Shown here: positions 51,890-59,976 of the stretch, piece by piece
Layout: each line of letters begins with the position of its first letter
How positions within the stretch are numbered: position 1 is the first letter of the stretch
IMG/VR virus record: IMGVR_UViG_3300036770_003758
Location: 1-64,000 of that record
Length of the DNA stretch: 64,000 nucleotides
Strand: one strand, 5' to 3'
From: a virus
The notes under the pieces: model-generated
Database searches by the model: none
Seen by the model: the letters and a program-made list of their open reading frames with translations, nothing else
Told to the model about the DNA's origin: nothing
Translations under genes and position numbers: made by a program

Positions 51890-53760
51890 ATAAATAGCGT
51901 TAGTTGGTTTTGTATTAAACCAAGGTCTGTAAGTATTTCTTCTGCTTTACGTTTGTAAAAATTGTAGTCTATGTTGTAAGGACCTTTAACATACTTATTA
52001 AATATCGTAACCTTAGTAGATTTGATATTACCTAACGCATGTTTCTTACCTTGACGCTCTTTAAACAAAAAGTTTCCATCTTTAGAAACATAATACACAT
52101 TTAGACGCTGTGGTAATTGCTCATCACCCAGGTACATCGTGTAAGACTTATCTATCTTTTGCGCACCACAGAAATCGTAGATACAACACCTATCAAAAGT
52201 ATCTTGTAAAGGTGTGGTATTGACTAAATAATTTTGTACTGCTTTAGGTACTGCTAAAAAGTCCACCTTATTACCTAAGTCTGGGTCAGTAACAAACCAA
52301 CCTTTTTCTTTGATAGAACCATCTTCAAATACGCCTAAATAGCTGTTCACATTAAGCATATAAAGCGTATTGTATTTAAAATGTTCTAATTCAAAGCCAG
52401 TGTACTCTTCCCATTCTTTGCATTTAGCCATGAACTCGTCAAACTTATGTTCAGGTACATAAAGCTCAAAACCGTCAGTGTTAGCCATAATAGGTTCACA
52501 ACCTAAGCTGATAGCTTCTTCCAGTAACATCAACAAAAACAGTTGACCGTTAATAGTAATCCTAAAGAAACTGTATGGGTCATACACTGGTGAGTTTTCT
52601 TGGTTAAAGTTACCGATAGTACCATTAGCTGCTAACTTAAGCAAGTTAGCTTCTGGTGATTTACCTTGACCAGAATGTTTAAGTTTAAGTCTTTCTTTAC
52701 GGATGTAACCTAATTGCTCGTATAACTTACACTGTAACGTTTCAGCTAGTGCAGGGTAATAACCAGCGACATCTAAAGAATGAAAAATATACCCTGGTTT
52801 ATTACGATATGTAGCTGGTTTATTTTTACTATGCAAGCCACCTTGCTTAAGTTCAAACTGCACACCAGCTAATGTCACGTTAAGATGCAAAGGTTTTTTA
52901 CGGTGATGCTTGTTGACTTGAGTAAGTAGTACTTTAAGTTCGTGTGATTTGAATTTGATGCGATTGTCTACGACTTCATAGAAGAAATTAAAGTCCCTAG
53001 GTTCAGATATAGGCGCGTCGGTAAGTTTAAGTGCTACGTTAAGACCTAGTTTAACAGCATCTGCACTAAGTATAGATTTGTTAAACCCATACTTTTGTAT
53101 TGCTGCTTTACGTAGATCTATCATTTCAGGAAACGTAGTAGATTTACCTTGCCAGTTAAACTTTTTAGTAAGCAGATACCTTAAAATACCTAAGTCGTGA
53201 ACTGCGTTATATTCCAATAGCTTCATTCGCATATCATCCTGTACAGGTTGATCTGGTTTAATAGGTAACTCTTGAATAACAGGATAACGTAACTGCACAG
53301 CTAAGCCTTTTAAGCTTATTTTTTTGGTGATACGCAGCATTCTAGACCAGTACGTAAATAAGTCAATGTCGTGCCACTTGTGATGCCACTTATACTTCTT
53401 GTAATCTTCGTTCATAAACCAAGTGTCATCTGTAATCACTAAGTCTGAAAACATCTTAATGTCTTCGTTATTAGCTTCTGGGTTAAGACGCACGTAGTTT
53501 AGCACAGGACAATCGTAGTGTACACCGTTAAACGTAACTACTTCAGTTCTTTTCTGATCTAATAAGTTTAGGTAATGTATAAGTAACTGCCTATCGTCTT
53601 GGTACTTATCGTAAATAAAAACGTGGGTGCTACCGTTAAAATCAGTAACACCCACGCAAAAGAAATTTACAAAGCACTCAACGTCTAACCCAACTCTAGT
53701 AGCATTACAGAGTTGCGTATAAACGTATGGCATGTTTTGAATCATAGAAGGTGTGGTCAT
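51886..53760 (-). CDS. family B DNA polymerase
   Basis: Exo motifs DVE, FNGVHYD, YNAVHD; Pol motifs DVAGYYP, KLAANGTIG, NTDG. Confidence 0.92.
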   Translation of the reverse strand: MTTPSMIQNMPYVYTQLCNATRVGLDVECFVNFFCVGVTDFNGSTHVFIYDKYQDDRQLLIHYLNLLDQKRTEVVTFNGVHYDCPVLNYVRLNPEANNEDIKMFSDLVITDDTWFMNEDYKKYKWHHKWHDIDLFTYWSRMLRITKKISLKGLAVQLRYPVIQELPIKPDQPVQDDMRMKLLEYNAVHDLGILRYLLTKKFNWQGKSTTFPEMIDLRKAAIQKYGFNKSILSADAVKLGLNVALKLTDAPISEPRDFNFFYEVVDNRIKFKSHELKVLLTQVNKHHRKKPLHLNVTLAGVQFELKQGGLHSKNKPATYRNKPGYIFHSLDVAGYYPALAETLQCKLYEQLGYIRKERLKLKHSGQGKSPEANLLKLAANGTIGNFNQENSPVYDPYSFFRITINGQLFLLMLLEEAISLGCEPIMANTDGFELYVPEHKFDEFMAKCKEWEEYTGFELEHFKYNTLYMLNVNSYLGVFEDGSIKEKGWFVTDPDLGNKVDFLAVPKAVQNYLVNTTPLQDTFDRCCIYDFCGAQKIDKSYTMYLGDEQLPQRLNVYYVSKDGNFLFKERQGKKHALGNIKSTKVTIFNKYVKGPYNIDYNFYKRKAEEILTDLGLIQNQLTLFI

Positions 53761-54208
53761 GATACGTAACTACTTTTTCATTTTTAATAGTCCTTAACCA
53801 TTTCTTGTCAGTTGCAATTTTTTCGTTTGCAAAATACAATACTGTTTCTGGTAGAACTTTCTCTTCCATGACCAGTACTCTAAACGCAGCGTCATAAGAT
53901 TCTTGATTAGGTTTTTGATGAAAGTATTTAGTGCTTACACCGTCAAATTGTCCTTTAGACAATATTACGGAACGAATACTAGTTTTCACACCTAATTTTG
54001 AAAAATATTTCTGCCTGTTTACAACAACTTGTGCTACTGCTAGTTTACCGACCATAGGTTGATTACCAGCTTCGCAGTAAACAAGTCTTGCAAGTAGTTG
54101 TAAATCGTCACAAGACTTTGCTGATACTGTAATTGTGTCACCGTATGCTACATAAATAGGTTCTGGAGACACGAACATTAACGTAAACCATAAACATAAT
54201 TTCATCAT
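53705..54208 (-). CDS. SleB/Hydrolase_2 cell-wall hydrolase with signal peptide
   Basis: LARLVYCEAGNQ, AVAQVVVNR, GQF, HTFY. Confidence 0.9.
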   Translation of the reverse strand: MMKLCLWFTLMFVSPEPIYVAYGDTITVSAKSCDDLQLLARLVYCEAGNQPMVGKLAVAQVVVNRQKYFSKLGVKTSIRSVILSKGQFDGVSTKYFHQKPNQESYDAAFRVLVMEEKVLPETVLYFANEKIATDKKWLRTIKNEKVVTYHDHTFYDSKHAIRLYATL

Positions 54209-54256
54209 TATGTATTTGGTGAAACAATAACAAGGTACTTACACCTTGCCTTAGAC

Positions 54257-54298
54257 AAAAAAACTGTTTGAGTTAGGTGTTACCCTAACCCAAACAGT
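54257..54298 (-). terminator. rho-independent terminator downstream of the AAA+ gene
   Basis: - strand actgtttgggttagg-gtaaca-cctaactcaaacagt (one G-U pair) followed by a U-run. Confidence 0.8.
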
Positions 54299-54370
54299 AT
54301 TGATACCTAGTCGATTATAGGTAGGTACCCACTAACATATACGTAAAGTTAGTGAATTACCTCCAATAAA

Positions 54371-55804
54371 TCAACCCTTGTAATCCTCAGATGAATACTC
54401 AGCAATGATACCAGGCGCAGCCTTCTGAAGAACAGTGTGCATAACCTTACCTGCGTAGTACTCAAGGCCAGCAGGTTTCTCCTGATCTTTGTGAATAAAC
54501 GCATTGTGCTGCGTGATCTGAGAAATGTTTGCTTCGATGAAATCTTCGGTAAGTTCAATGTTGAGTTCTTCAGCAGCCAAGATCAGACGCTTGCACAACT
54601 GAGTAACTTCTGAGCCAGCGATGTTTTCTGGCAAACGATTTGCAAGCTTCTCGGTGTCGATGTTCTCAAAGCCAGCGATGTGATCCAAGTTGAGGTCCAT
54701 GATGGTTTTAGACATCTCTTTGGTGCAATACGGAAACTCCACGATGAAGTCAATCCTGCCACTGCGACGGAAGCTCTGATGAATACGATCGATGTTGTTT
54801 GTAGTAAACACAAAGATAACATCGGTATTCTTCAAGCTTTGGCCATCGATAGTATTAAGGATATCGTTCATATCCGAGTTACGCTCGCCACCGAGAACAT
54901 CGTCAATGTCTTCTGCAAACACTGTAGAGTAACCATAGTTCTCCAAGTATGGAAGAAGAGTTTCGAGTTGGTTAGAGTTGTGCAGATAAAAGAATGTTCT
55001 ACCAGCATCAATAGATTCTTTACCAAGACGAATGGCAGTTTCTGTTTTACCCGTACCGTAAGGGCCATAGAACAACATCTTCTGAGACTTCTTGTTGTGA
55101 AGTTTCACATACGGAAGAATCAGGTTCGTAATCGTGACGTTGGTATCACGGCTAAGCACGATGTTCTTAGCTACCTTGAGGTTGATAGGGTGCATAAGCA
55201 AACCAGAACGCAATTGTTCAATAGTAACAGCTTTACCTTGCATCACCTTGTTGGTAGCAACTTCTTTGCCGATGTTGCTCAGGAATGCTTCTGCTGTTTT
55301 CTTGTACCTGTTCTTACACCGGATACCAATAGCACTTGGTGTCAACGTAAGGATAGCATCATCCCACACCTTGATAACCATAGAGCCGATGAACGCAGAT
55401 TCTTCGATCTTGTTACCCTGGTCATCAAAACCAATAGGAATTTGCATGTACGTAGATTGCGTACGATCACCAGTGTAATCACGTGGCGATTCGATGAACT
55501 TACCAATAGTTTTGGTAAGCACGCGGTTTACGGTAAGCAAGAAATCGTTCAAGAAAAAGTTGGAGTAACTTTGTGCTACGGTAGTAATGCTTTCTTCGTG
55601 CTCATACTGCGCAATCAGTGTTTCTGATGCTTGTAAGTAGTCCATACCTCTTGGTAACAAGATGTGTGGATGGTCGTGATACAGAGGTTCTTTTGAGTTC
55701 TGATCAACTCTTGACTTGTAGCCGCTAGGCTTCACTGCGTTGAAGAGATCTTTGATAAACTCAAGACCTGCTGCAACTTGAACTTCTTTGACTTTTTTAG
55801 TCAT
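54371..55804 (-). CDS. classic-clade AAA+ ATPase with long N-terminal domain
   Basis: GPYGTGKT, VFAEDID, ILNTIDG, FTTN, FRRSGRID (SRH Arg fingers). Confidence 0.92.
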   Translation of the reverse strand: MTKKVKEVQVAAGLEFIKDLFNAVKPSGYKSRVDQNSKEPLYHDHPHILLPRGMDYLQASETLIAQYEHEESITTVAQSYSNFFLNDFLLTVNRVLTKTIGKFIESPRDYTGDRTQSTYMQIPIGFDDQGNKIEESAFIGSMVIKVWDDAILTLTPSAIGIRCKNRYKKTAEAFLSNIGKEVATNKVMQGKAVTIEQLRSGLLMHPINLKVAKNIVLSRDTNVTITNLILPYVKLHNKKSQKMLFYGPYGTGKTETAIRLGKESIDAGRTFFYLHNSNQLETLLPYLENYGYSTVFAEDIDDVLGGERNSDMNDILNTIDGQSLKNTDVIFVFTTNNIDRIHQSFRRSGRIDFIVEFPYCTKEMSKTIMDLNLDHIAGFENIDTEKLANRLPENIAGSEVTQLCKRLILAAEELNIELTEDFIEANISQITQHNAFIHKDQEKPAGLEYYAGKVMHTVLQKAAPGIIAEYSSEDYKG

Positions 55805-55838
55805 GATAAAGTGTTTATGAGTAAATAAATAAATAGCC

Positions 55839-55940
55839 TTATTTGCGTGCGATAAGTACCGTTAACCCACCGGGTTGTTCGTACAAATCGCAGTTTTCAT
55901 CTTTAGGGGTAATTAGCCAATGTAAATAGTACACTTGCAT
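55839..55940 (-). CDS. micro-ORF 58
   Basis: MQVYYLHWLITPKDENCDLYEQPGGLTVLIARK. Confidence 0.6.
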   Translation of the reverse strand: MQVYYLHWLITPKDENCDLYEQPGGLTVLIARK

Positions 55941-56031
55941 ATCTTAGTATTAAAAAGTAAGAACTGTTTGTTAAATTGTTTTCTATTCTAAGGTGCACGT
56001 GCATGTGGTAATAAAACGTTATAAGTTTCAT
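55903..56031 (-). CDS. micro-ORF 57
   Basis: MKLITFYYHMHVHLRIENNLTNSSYFLILRYASVLFTLANYP. Confidence 0.65.
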   Translation of the reverse strand: MKLITFYYHMHVHLRIENNLTNSSYFLILRYASVLFTLANYP

Positions 56032-56150
56032 GTTTTAAACTTTAACGTTGCCGTCATAGCACTGTGGTCAGACTTAGCGTAATTAAAAGAATCTCTTATC
56101 ACGTGGTTTAAATCTAAACCAAGTATAAACTTAAGTTTGTTTAATTCCAT
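56028..56150 (-). CDS. micro-ORF 56
   Basis: MELNKLKFILGLDLNHVIRDSFNYAKSDHSAMTATLKFKT. Confidence 0.7.
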   Translation of the reverse strand: MELNKLKFILGLDLNHVIRDSFNYAKSDHSAMTATLKFKT

Positions 56151-56260
56151 TGCTGTAGTTTTTGAATGTAGAAAATAGAAGTCTTTACCAGCAAGAATAC
56201 AGTTCGTCGTTTCATAGACCACCAGTATTTCTTATTCATGTGAATGCTGTATATATTCAT
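56141..56260 (-). CDS. micro-ORF 55
   Basis: MNIYSIHMNKKYWWSMKRRTVFLLVKTSIFYIQKLQQWN. Confidence 0.65.
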   Translation of the reverse strand: MNIYSIHMNKKYWWSMKRRTVFLLVKTSIFYIQKLQQWN

Positions 56261-56359
56261 CTATTGTAATTTTTGAACTAAACCGCAATAGTTATATTCG
56301 TATACTAAACTACAGTGAAAAGTAGGATGTACCCACTGCATACTTTTAAATATCAACAT
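56261..56359 (-). CDS. micro-ORF 54
   Basis: MLIFKSMQWVHPTFHCSLVYEYNYCGLVQKLQ. Confidence 0.65.
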   Translation of the reverse strand: MLIFKSMQWVHPTFHCSLVYEYNYCGLVQKLQ

Positions 56360-56463
56360 ATTAACTTATTTATTAATATAAATATTTTTGAAGCAGCGTC
56401 TATTTTAACTGCACTAGTGTAATATTGATACGGAAACATTGTTGAAATTCCTCTTATCAGCAT
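56353..56463 (-). CDS. micro-ORF 53
   Basis: MLIRGISTMFPYQYYTSAVKIDAASKIFILINKLIC. Confidence 0.65.
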   Translation of the reverse strand: MLIRGISTMFPYQYYTSAVKIDAASKIFILINKLIC

Positions 56464-56573
56464 ACCGTGTGCTTAAGTGTTAACAAATACTTAGTTCTAA
56501 CAGTATTTACTTTAGCGATATGAAAGTTAAAGTGAAAATTCTGGCATTTGACAACTATATTAATTACTTGCAT
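56457..56573 (-). CDS. micro-ORF 52
   Basis: MQVINIVVKCQNFHFNFHIAKVNTVRTKYLLTLKHTVC. Confidence 0.7.
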   Translation of the reverse strand: MQVINIVVKCQNFHFNFHIAKVNTVRTKYLLTLKHTVC

Positions 56574-56674
56574 ACCATGTATTTCAACAAGGCTTTTACA
56601 TCGACTCTATTTTCATTAGCGTTTCTGAAGCAAAAGTCTTGTGCCCTTGTTAATCTTAAATCAGATAGCTCCAT
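56564..56674 (-). CDS. micro-ORF 51
   Basis: MELSDLRLTRAQDFCFRNANENRVDVKALLKYMVCK. Confidence 0.7.
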   Translation of the reverse strand: MELSDLRLTRAQDFCFRNANENRVDVKALLKYMVCK

Positions 56675-56802
56675 TACATGTATTTTAATAAAGTTATGTA
56701 ATTCTTTCTTTTGTAATGTTCAGCATACGTGGTTATCATCTCGTAGCTGTTACCAATTGCGTAGTCTAATATAATGTCGTATAAACGATCGTTTATTTCC
56801 AT
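56674..56802 (-). CDS. micro-ORF 50
   Basis: MEINDRLYDIILDYAIGNSYEMITTYAEHYKRKNYITLLKYM. Confidence 0.7.
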   Translation of the reverse strand: MEINDRLYDIILDYAIGNSYEMITTYAEHYKRKNYITLLKYM

Positions 56803-56918
56803 AACATGTATTTTGCGATTAACCTAATGTCAACGTCAAGTTTTTCTGCAGTATCTTCAAATCGTATAAGTTTCTTTGAACCAAAAAAACTTACATTATA
56901 CAATGTAGTACACCTCAT
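56793..56918 (-). CDS. micro-ORF 49
   Basis: MRCTTLYNVSFFGSKKLIRFEDTAEKLDVDIRLIAKYMLWK. Confidence 0.7.
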   Translation of the reverse strand: MRCTTLYNVSFFGSKKLIRFEDTAEKLDVDIRLIAKYMLWK

Positions 56919-57028
56919 ACAATAAATTTTAGACAGCAATCGTGAAAAACAAATGGCCAAGTAGAAGCTTTGTATAGTTCTTTACAACCAGCAGAGTAGT
57001 TTGTGAACCTAAACATTAACGTGGTCAT
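56915..57028 (-). CDS. micro-ORF 48
   Basis: MTTLMFRFTNYSAGCKELYKASTWPFVFHDCCLKFIV. Confidence 0.7.
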   Translation of the reverse strand: MTTLMFRFTNYSAGCKELYKASTWPFVFHDCCLKFIV

Positions 57029-57153
57029 TTGTATTTGTTTTTAGACTTACGTTGATCTTTTTTGTATTCTACGTAGGCCATCGTGTAAGCAAACACTAGA
57101 ATAAAGCTTACGATAAACAAAAACCCTAAAATTATTTTTGCGAAATTATCCAT
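57025..57153 (-). CDS. micro-ORF 47 (single TM helix)
   Basis: MDNFAKIILGFLFIVSFILVFAYTMAYVEYKKDQRKSKNKYK. Confidence 0.8.
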   Translation of the reverse strand: MDNFAKIILGFLFIVSFILVFAYTMAYVEYKKDQRKSKNKYK

Positions 57154-57155
57154 GG

Positions 57156-57260
57156 TTATATGTATTTAATTGTTAACAAATATTTAGTATTAAACATTTC
57201 TCCTGATATAAAAGTGTGTACAGGTTGTATGTGGTATCTGTTTAATCTTTCTGTTGGCAT
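57156..57260 (-). CDS. micro-ORF 46
   Basis: MPTERLNRYHIQPVHTFISGEMFNTKYLLTIKYI. Confidence 0.7.
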   Translation of the reverse strand: MPTERLNRYHIQPVHTFISGEMFNTKYLLTIKYI

Positions 57261-57355
57261 TGGTGAAATTTTACAATTAGTTGATAAGTATTTCTAACAG
57301 TAGGTGTGTAAAACATCATGGTGTATACGTGATATTTTATCTTTACTACAGGCAT
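57242..57355 (-). CDS. micro-ORF 45 (paralog of 44)
   Basis: MPVVKIKYHVYTMMFYTPTVRNTYQLIVKFHQCQQKD. Confidence 0.7.
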   Translation of the reverse strand: MPVVKIKYHVYTMMFYTPTVRNTYQLIVKFHQCQQKD

Positions 57356-57444
57356 TTTACAATTAGTTGTTGATAAGCATTTATAATAGTAGGTACATGA
57401 TAGGGCATGTTGTGCGCATGATACCATATTTTTATCACATGCAT
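57346..57444 (-). CDS. micro-ORF 44
   Basis: MHVIKIWYHAHNMPYHVPTIINAYQQLIVKCL. Confidence 0.7.
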   Translation of the reverse strand: MHVIKIWYHAHNMPYHVPTIINAYQQLIVKCL

Positions 57445-57539
57445 TTTACAATTATTTTTAAGTAGTGATCATAATAAGGTTTCCACATAAGCTTTCTACT
57501 TATACGAGCACGTGTGTAATCTATTTCTTCACTCCACAT
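57435..57539 (-). CDS. micro-ORF 43
   Basis: MWSEEIDYTRARISRKLMWKPYYDHYLKIIVKCM. Confidence 0.65.
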   Translation of the reverse strand: MWSEEIDYTRARISRKLMWKPYYDHYLKIIVKCM

Positions 57540-57642
57540 ATTTTGTAGTTATTAAAGTGTACGCGGCTGTATACGTAAATGTTCTATACAGTATATAAAC
57601 ATTATTCTTGTCAAATAAATAAAAAGATTTAGCTATATTCAT
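57529..57642 (-). CDS. micro-ORF 42
   Basis: MNIAKSFYLFDKNNVYILYRTFTYTAAYTLITTKYVE. Confidence 0.65.
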   Translation of the reverse strand: MNIAKSFYLFDKNNVYILYRTFTYTAAYTLITTKYVE

Positions 57643-57761
57643 TTTTGTTTAAATACGATTAAATAAATAGTATTTACATTGTCAAAATCTGCATCACAGT
57701 ACTTTTCTTTTTTAGAGCAGTAGTAATACTGATAATAAAAATCGTCAACTTCAAATTCCAT
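57639..57761 (-). CDS. micro-ORF 41
   Basis: MEFEVDDFYYQYYYCSKKEKYCDADFDNVNTIYLIVFKQK. Confidence 0.7.
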   Translation of the reverse strand: MEFEVDDFYYQYYYCSKKEKYCDADFDNVNTIYLIVFKQK

Positions 57762-57764
57762 AGT

Positions 57765-57863
57765 TTACAGTTTATACGTTTGTGATACAATAAAGTGCAA
57801 CTTAGTTCCACCAAACTTGATTTTGTGAACAAAAACTTCTTGCATAATAAAGAATATGTTCAT
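57765..57863 (-). CDS. micro-ORF 40
   Basis: MNIFFIMQEVFVHKIKFGGTKLHFIVSQTYKL. Confidence 0.65.
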   Translation of the reverse strand: MNIFFIMQEVFVHKIKFGGTKLHFIVSQTYKL

Positions 57864-57955
57864 AGCTGTTTAATTAGCACAAGATTTGAACCTAAATTGT
57901 AGTTAAATGGTACAAAAAGTTGACCAGGTACGTGAAATTTAAACTCCATTATCAT
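57860..57955 (-). CDS. micro-ORF 39
   Basis: MIMEFKFHVPGQLFVPFNYNLGSNLVLIKQL. Confidence 0.7.
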   Translation of the reverse strand: MIMEFKFHVPGQLFVPFNYNLGSNLVLIKQL

Positions 57956-57956
57956 G

Positions 57957-58079
57957 TCAGTAGTATTTAAGCATTGTGATAAACGCGTGTAGATGATACT
58001 CTATCGTTATAGCTGGATAGCATTTAGGCACGTAGAACGTATAGCTTTGTTCCATAGTAGATATTTTACTTATCTGCAT
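57957..58079 (-). CDS. micro-ORF 38
   Basis: MQISKISTMEQSYTFYVPKCYPAITIEYHLHAFITMLKYY. Confidence 0.7.
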   Translation of the reverse strand: MQISKISTMEQSYTFYVPKCYPAITIEYHLHAFITMLKYY

Positions 58080-58192
58080 CGTATATGTTTTACTACAATT
58101 CTAAATCCAATGTCTAGTGTAAGGTCTAATATATTTCTATTAGGAAACCTGAGTTCGTAATTAGCTTGTACAAGCGTGTTATAATACATCAT
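58070..58192 (-). CDS. micro-ORF 37
   Basis: MMYYNTLVQANYELRFPNRNILDLTLDIGFRIVVKHIRCR. Confidence 0.75.
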   Translation of the reverse strand: MMYYNTLVQANYELRFPNRNILDLTLDIGFRIVVKHIRCR

Positions 58193-58314
58193 TGCCGTAG
58201 AAATTTTAACATTAAAATAAACCTATCTCTTTCTGTCATATTGTTGTGTATGTATTGAATAACACTTTTACCCATACCTCTAAAATCTGGATATATAGCT
58301 GTTAAATACATCAT
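58189..58314 (-). CDS. micro-ORF 36 (paralog of 35)
   Basis: MMYLTAIYPDFRGMGKSVIQYIHNNMTERDRFILMLKFLRQ. Confidence 0.85.
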   Translation of the reverse strand: MMYLTAIYPDFRGMGKSVIQYIHNNMTERDRFILMLKFLRQ

Positions 58315-58433
58315 GGTATAAACTTTAGTGTAAAAATAAATCTGTCTATTTCAGATATATTCTCAGGTAAATATTGAATAATGTTCTTACCCATGTTTCT
58401 AAACTCTGGGTACATAGCAAGTAAAGACATCAT
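58311..58433 (-). CDS. micro-ORF 35
   Basis: MMSLLAMYPEFRNMGKNIIQYLPENISEIDRFIFTLKFIP. Confidence 0.85.
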   Translation of the reverse strand: MMSLLAMYPEFRNMGKNIIQYLPENISEIDRFIFTLKFIP

Positions 58434-58552
58434 AGTATTTGTTTTAATGTTATACTAAACCCATGACATACTGGTTCACGTAAACCATGTAGATAAGTGT
58501 ATTTTATTTTTGTGCGACTGTGATTAAATAAAATCGCAATTAAATTTCTCAT
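58430..58552 (-). CDS. micro-ORF 34
   Basis: MRNLIAILFNHSRTKIKYTYLHGLREPVCHGFSITLKQIL. Confidence 0.8.
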   Translation of the reverse strand: MRNLIAILFNHSRTKIKYTYLHGLREPVCHGFSITLKQIL

Positions 58553-58680
58553 GGTACGTGTTTTAAGATAAGTTGAAATCTATCATAAGATGTGATTCTT
58601 TCTTGTGTTTTAAGCGTTTTTTTCAAAGGTGTAAATTTTCTGCGATAAGTTTTAAGAAGCCAGAAGTGTATTGATTTCAT
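58549..58680 (-). CDS. micro-ORF 33
   Basis: MKSIHFWLLKTYRRKFTPLKKTLKTQERITSYDRFQLILKHVP. Confidence 0.8.
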   Translation of the reverse strand: MKSIHFWLLKTYRRKFTPLKKTLKTQERITSYDRFQLILKHVP

Positions 58681-58796
58681 TACATATGTTTTAAAATAAG
58701 TTGAAACCTATCCTCGTACACAATATCAGCTACAAGATTTGCTTCTACCCTACTCTTGTAAGCTGCAGGATTGCGTACAAATATTACTGCTAACAT
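58680..58796 (-). CDS. micro-ORF 32
   Basis: MLAVIFVRNPAAYKSRVEANLVADIVYEDRFQLILKHM. Confidence 0.8.
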   Translation of the reverse strand: MLAVIFVRNPAAYKSRVEANLVADIVYEDRFQLILKHM

Positions 58797-58903
58797 GGTA
58801 TTTGTTTTAATGTAGCATACAATCTGCGTACAGTATTTCCTGGGTTACATAAGTTTATGCGCAAGTATCTGTAAAAATCAATTTGTATTTCAATATTCTT
58901 CAT
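58790..58903 (-). CDS. micro-ORF 31
   Basis: MKNIEIQIDFYRYLRINLCNPGNTVRRLYATLKQIPC. Confidence 0.8.
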   Translation of the reverse strand: MKNIEIQIDFYRYLRINLCNPGNTVRRLYATLKQIPC

Positions 58904-59013
58904 GATGTTTGTTTTAATATTACAGTAATTTTTATACGTTTTATATCTATCTCAATATTTCTTACAAAATCATCACAACGTGTACTTGAACAATCGATAA
59001 TTACAACTGTCAT
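58900..59013 (-). CDS. micro-ORF 30
   Basis: MTVVIIDCSSTRCDDFVRNIEIDIKRIKITVILKQTS. Confidence 0.8.
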   Translation of the reverse strand: MTVVIIDCSSTRCDDFVRNIEIDIKRIKITVILKQTS

Positions 59014-59114
59014 TGTATATGTTTTAAAATAATAGAAAAGCCCTCGCGACCGCTGTATCCTAGTATCATTACAGTCAAATAAGCGGCTGTATATCCATAT
59101 GAGTAAGTTTTCAT
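59010..59114 (-). CDS. micro-ORF 29 (paralog of 28)
   Basis: MKTYSYGYTAAYLTVMILGYSGREGFSIILKHIQ. Confidence 0.8.
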   Translation of the reverse strand: MKTYSYGYTAAYLTVMILGYSGREGFSIILKHIQ

Positions 59115-59215
59115 GGTATCAACTTTAAAGTAATCGAAAAGGATTCATCTCCACTATGTCCTAGTTCGTGCACAGAAATACAACTGTATGTGTGTTCATA
59201 TGCCCATGTGTTCAT
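59111..59215 (-). CDS. micro-ORF 28
   Basis: MNTWAYEHTYSCISVHELGHSGDESFSITLKLIP. Confidence 0.8.
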   Translation of the reverse strand: MNTWAYEHTYSCISVHELGHSGDESFSITLKLIP

Positions 59216-59316
59216 AACATTAGTTTTAATATTATTGATAAATCATCTTGAATAAAATCGTACACTTCAGGTGCATTTATAATATGTGTTCCAAGAACTA
59301 AGTGTATCGTGTTCAT
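59212..59316 (-). CDS. micro-ORF 27
   Basis: MNTIHLVLGTHIINAPEVYDFIQDDLSIILKLML. Confidence 0.8.
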   Translation of the reverse strand: MNTIHLVLGTHIINAPEVYDFIQDDLSIILKLML

Positions 59317-59423
59317 AGTATAAACTTTATCATAACTAGAAAATCATCGTCAAAAAATGGTATTAAACCACGATCTTTGTCTACTAGTTTGCAAGAATAT
59401 ATTACGTATGTTGTTACGTCCAT
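59313..59423 (-). CDS. micro-ORF 26
   Basis: MDVTTYVIYSCKLVDKDRGLIPFFDDDFLVMIKFIL. Confidence 0.75.
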   Translation of the reverse strand: MDVTTYVIYSCKLVDKDRGLIPFFDDDFLVMIKFIL

Positions 59424-59500
59424 AATATTTTCATTGTAATTAAAATACTATCTTCTCCATAGAATATGTGATCTACAAGTGTTATGTATTTTGTGTCCAC
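59414..59500 (-). CDS. micro-ORF 25 (GTG start)
   Basis: MDTKYITLVDHIFYGEDSILITMKILWT. Confidence 0.7.
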   Translation of the reverse strand: MDTKYITLVDHIFYGEDSILITMKILWT

Positions 59501-59607
59501 AATATTAGTTTTAACGTGATTATAAAATCATCGTTTAGGTTAGTAGAATATTTTAACACGCTCAATAAACACGAGTGCGCAGTAACTAATGTTTTTGTAC
59601 ATTCCAT
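59482..59607 (-). CDS. micro-ORF 24
   Basis: MECTKTLVTAHSCLLSVLKYSTNLNDDFIITLKLILWTQNT. Confidence 0.7.
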   Translation of the reverse strand: MECTKTLVTAHSCLLSVLKYSTNLNDDFIITLKLILWTQNT

Positions 59608-59732
59608 CTCAATACAATTAAGAAATCTTTATCTTCAAGTTTTGTTTTTTCTAGTCTATCCAGTAAATGCTTGTTATCGTGTGTACCAATAGGCATACAT
59701 AGATCTAACATTGTAAAATGTGCTATTTCCAT
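59586..59732 (-). CDS. micro-ORF 23
   Basis: MEIAHFTMLDLCMPIGTHDNKHLLDRLEKTKLEDKDFLIVLRWNVQKH. Confidence 0.7.
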   Translation of the reverse strand: MEIAHFTMLDLCMPIGTHDNKHLLDRLEKTKLEDKDFLIVLRWNVQKH

Positions 59733-59857
59733 CACATGTATTTAACCATAAAAATAAAATCATTCTTGACGTAGCTACAATTACTAAATGCTAAGTAATC
59801 TAAATACAGTTTACAATCTATACTGTGTACCCACATTGTTAAGTCTGTAAATTTCAT
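59732..59857 (-). CDS. micro-ORF 22
   Basis: MKFTDLTMWVHSIDCKLYLDYLAFSNCSYVKNDFIFMVKYM. Confidence 0.75.
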   Translation of the reverse strand: MKFTDLTMWVHSIDCKLYLDYLAFSNCSYVKNDFIFMVKYM

Positions 59858-59976
59858 AACATGTACTTATTTGCTAACTGTAAAATAACCTTAAGATGTG
59901 CACAGTTGATATAAGATGGAGTAAACACATCATTATCTAGTAAGATGTATTCCCAATCCCTATGTTCTACTTGCAT
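59854..59976 (-). CDS. micro-ORF 21 (paralog of 20)
   Basis: MQVEHRDWEYILLDNDVFTPSYINCAHLKVILQLANKYML. Confidence 0.75.
   Translation of the reverse strand: MQVEHRDWEYILLDNDVFTPSYINCAHLKVILQLANKYML

Noticed and set aside
51886-53760. Intein or intron in PolB, the helicases or the RNAP
   Set aside because: Motif spacing is compact, and I saw no intein-terminal or homing-endonuclease signatures.
54209-54370. tRNA or structured ncRNA in intergenic gaps
   Set aside because: Only simple hairpins; I recognised no cloverleaf or T-loop signature here or elsewhere, though tRNAscan/Infernal was not run.
54680-55627. 315-aa + strand ORF antisense to the AAA+ ATPase
   Set aside because: Shadow ORF of a codon-biased gene; no recognisable motif.
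56520-59692. + strand track ORFs 56520-56774 and 59468-59692, and extended starts of 56028-56222 and 57242-57427 (also 60924-61151 just outside this range)
   Set aside because: They are antisense to, or upstream extensions of, the coupled micro-ORFs, whose starts are defined by the junction motif.
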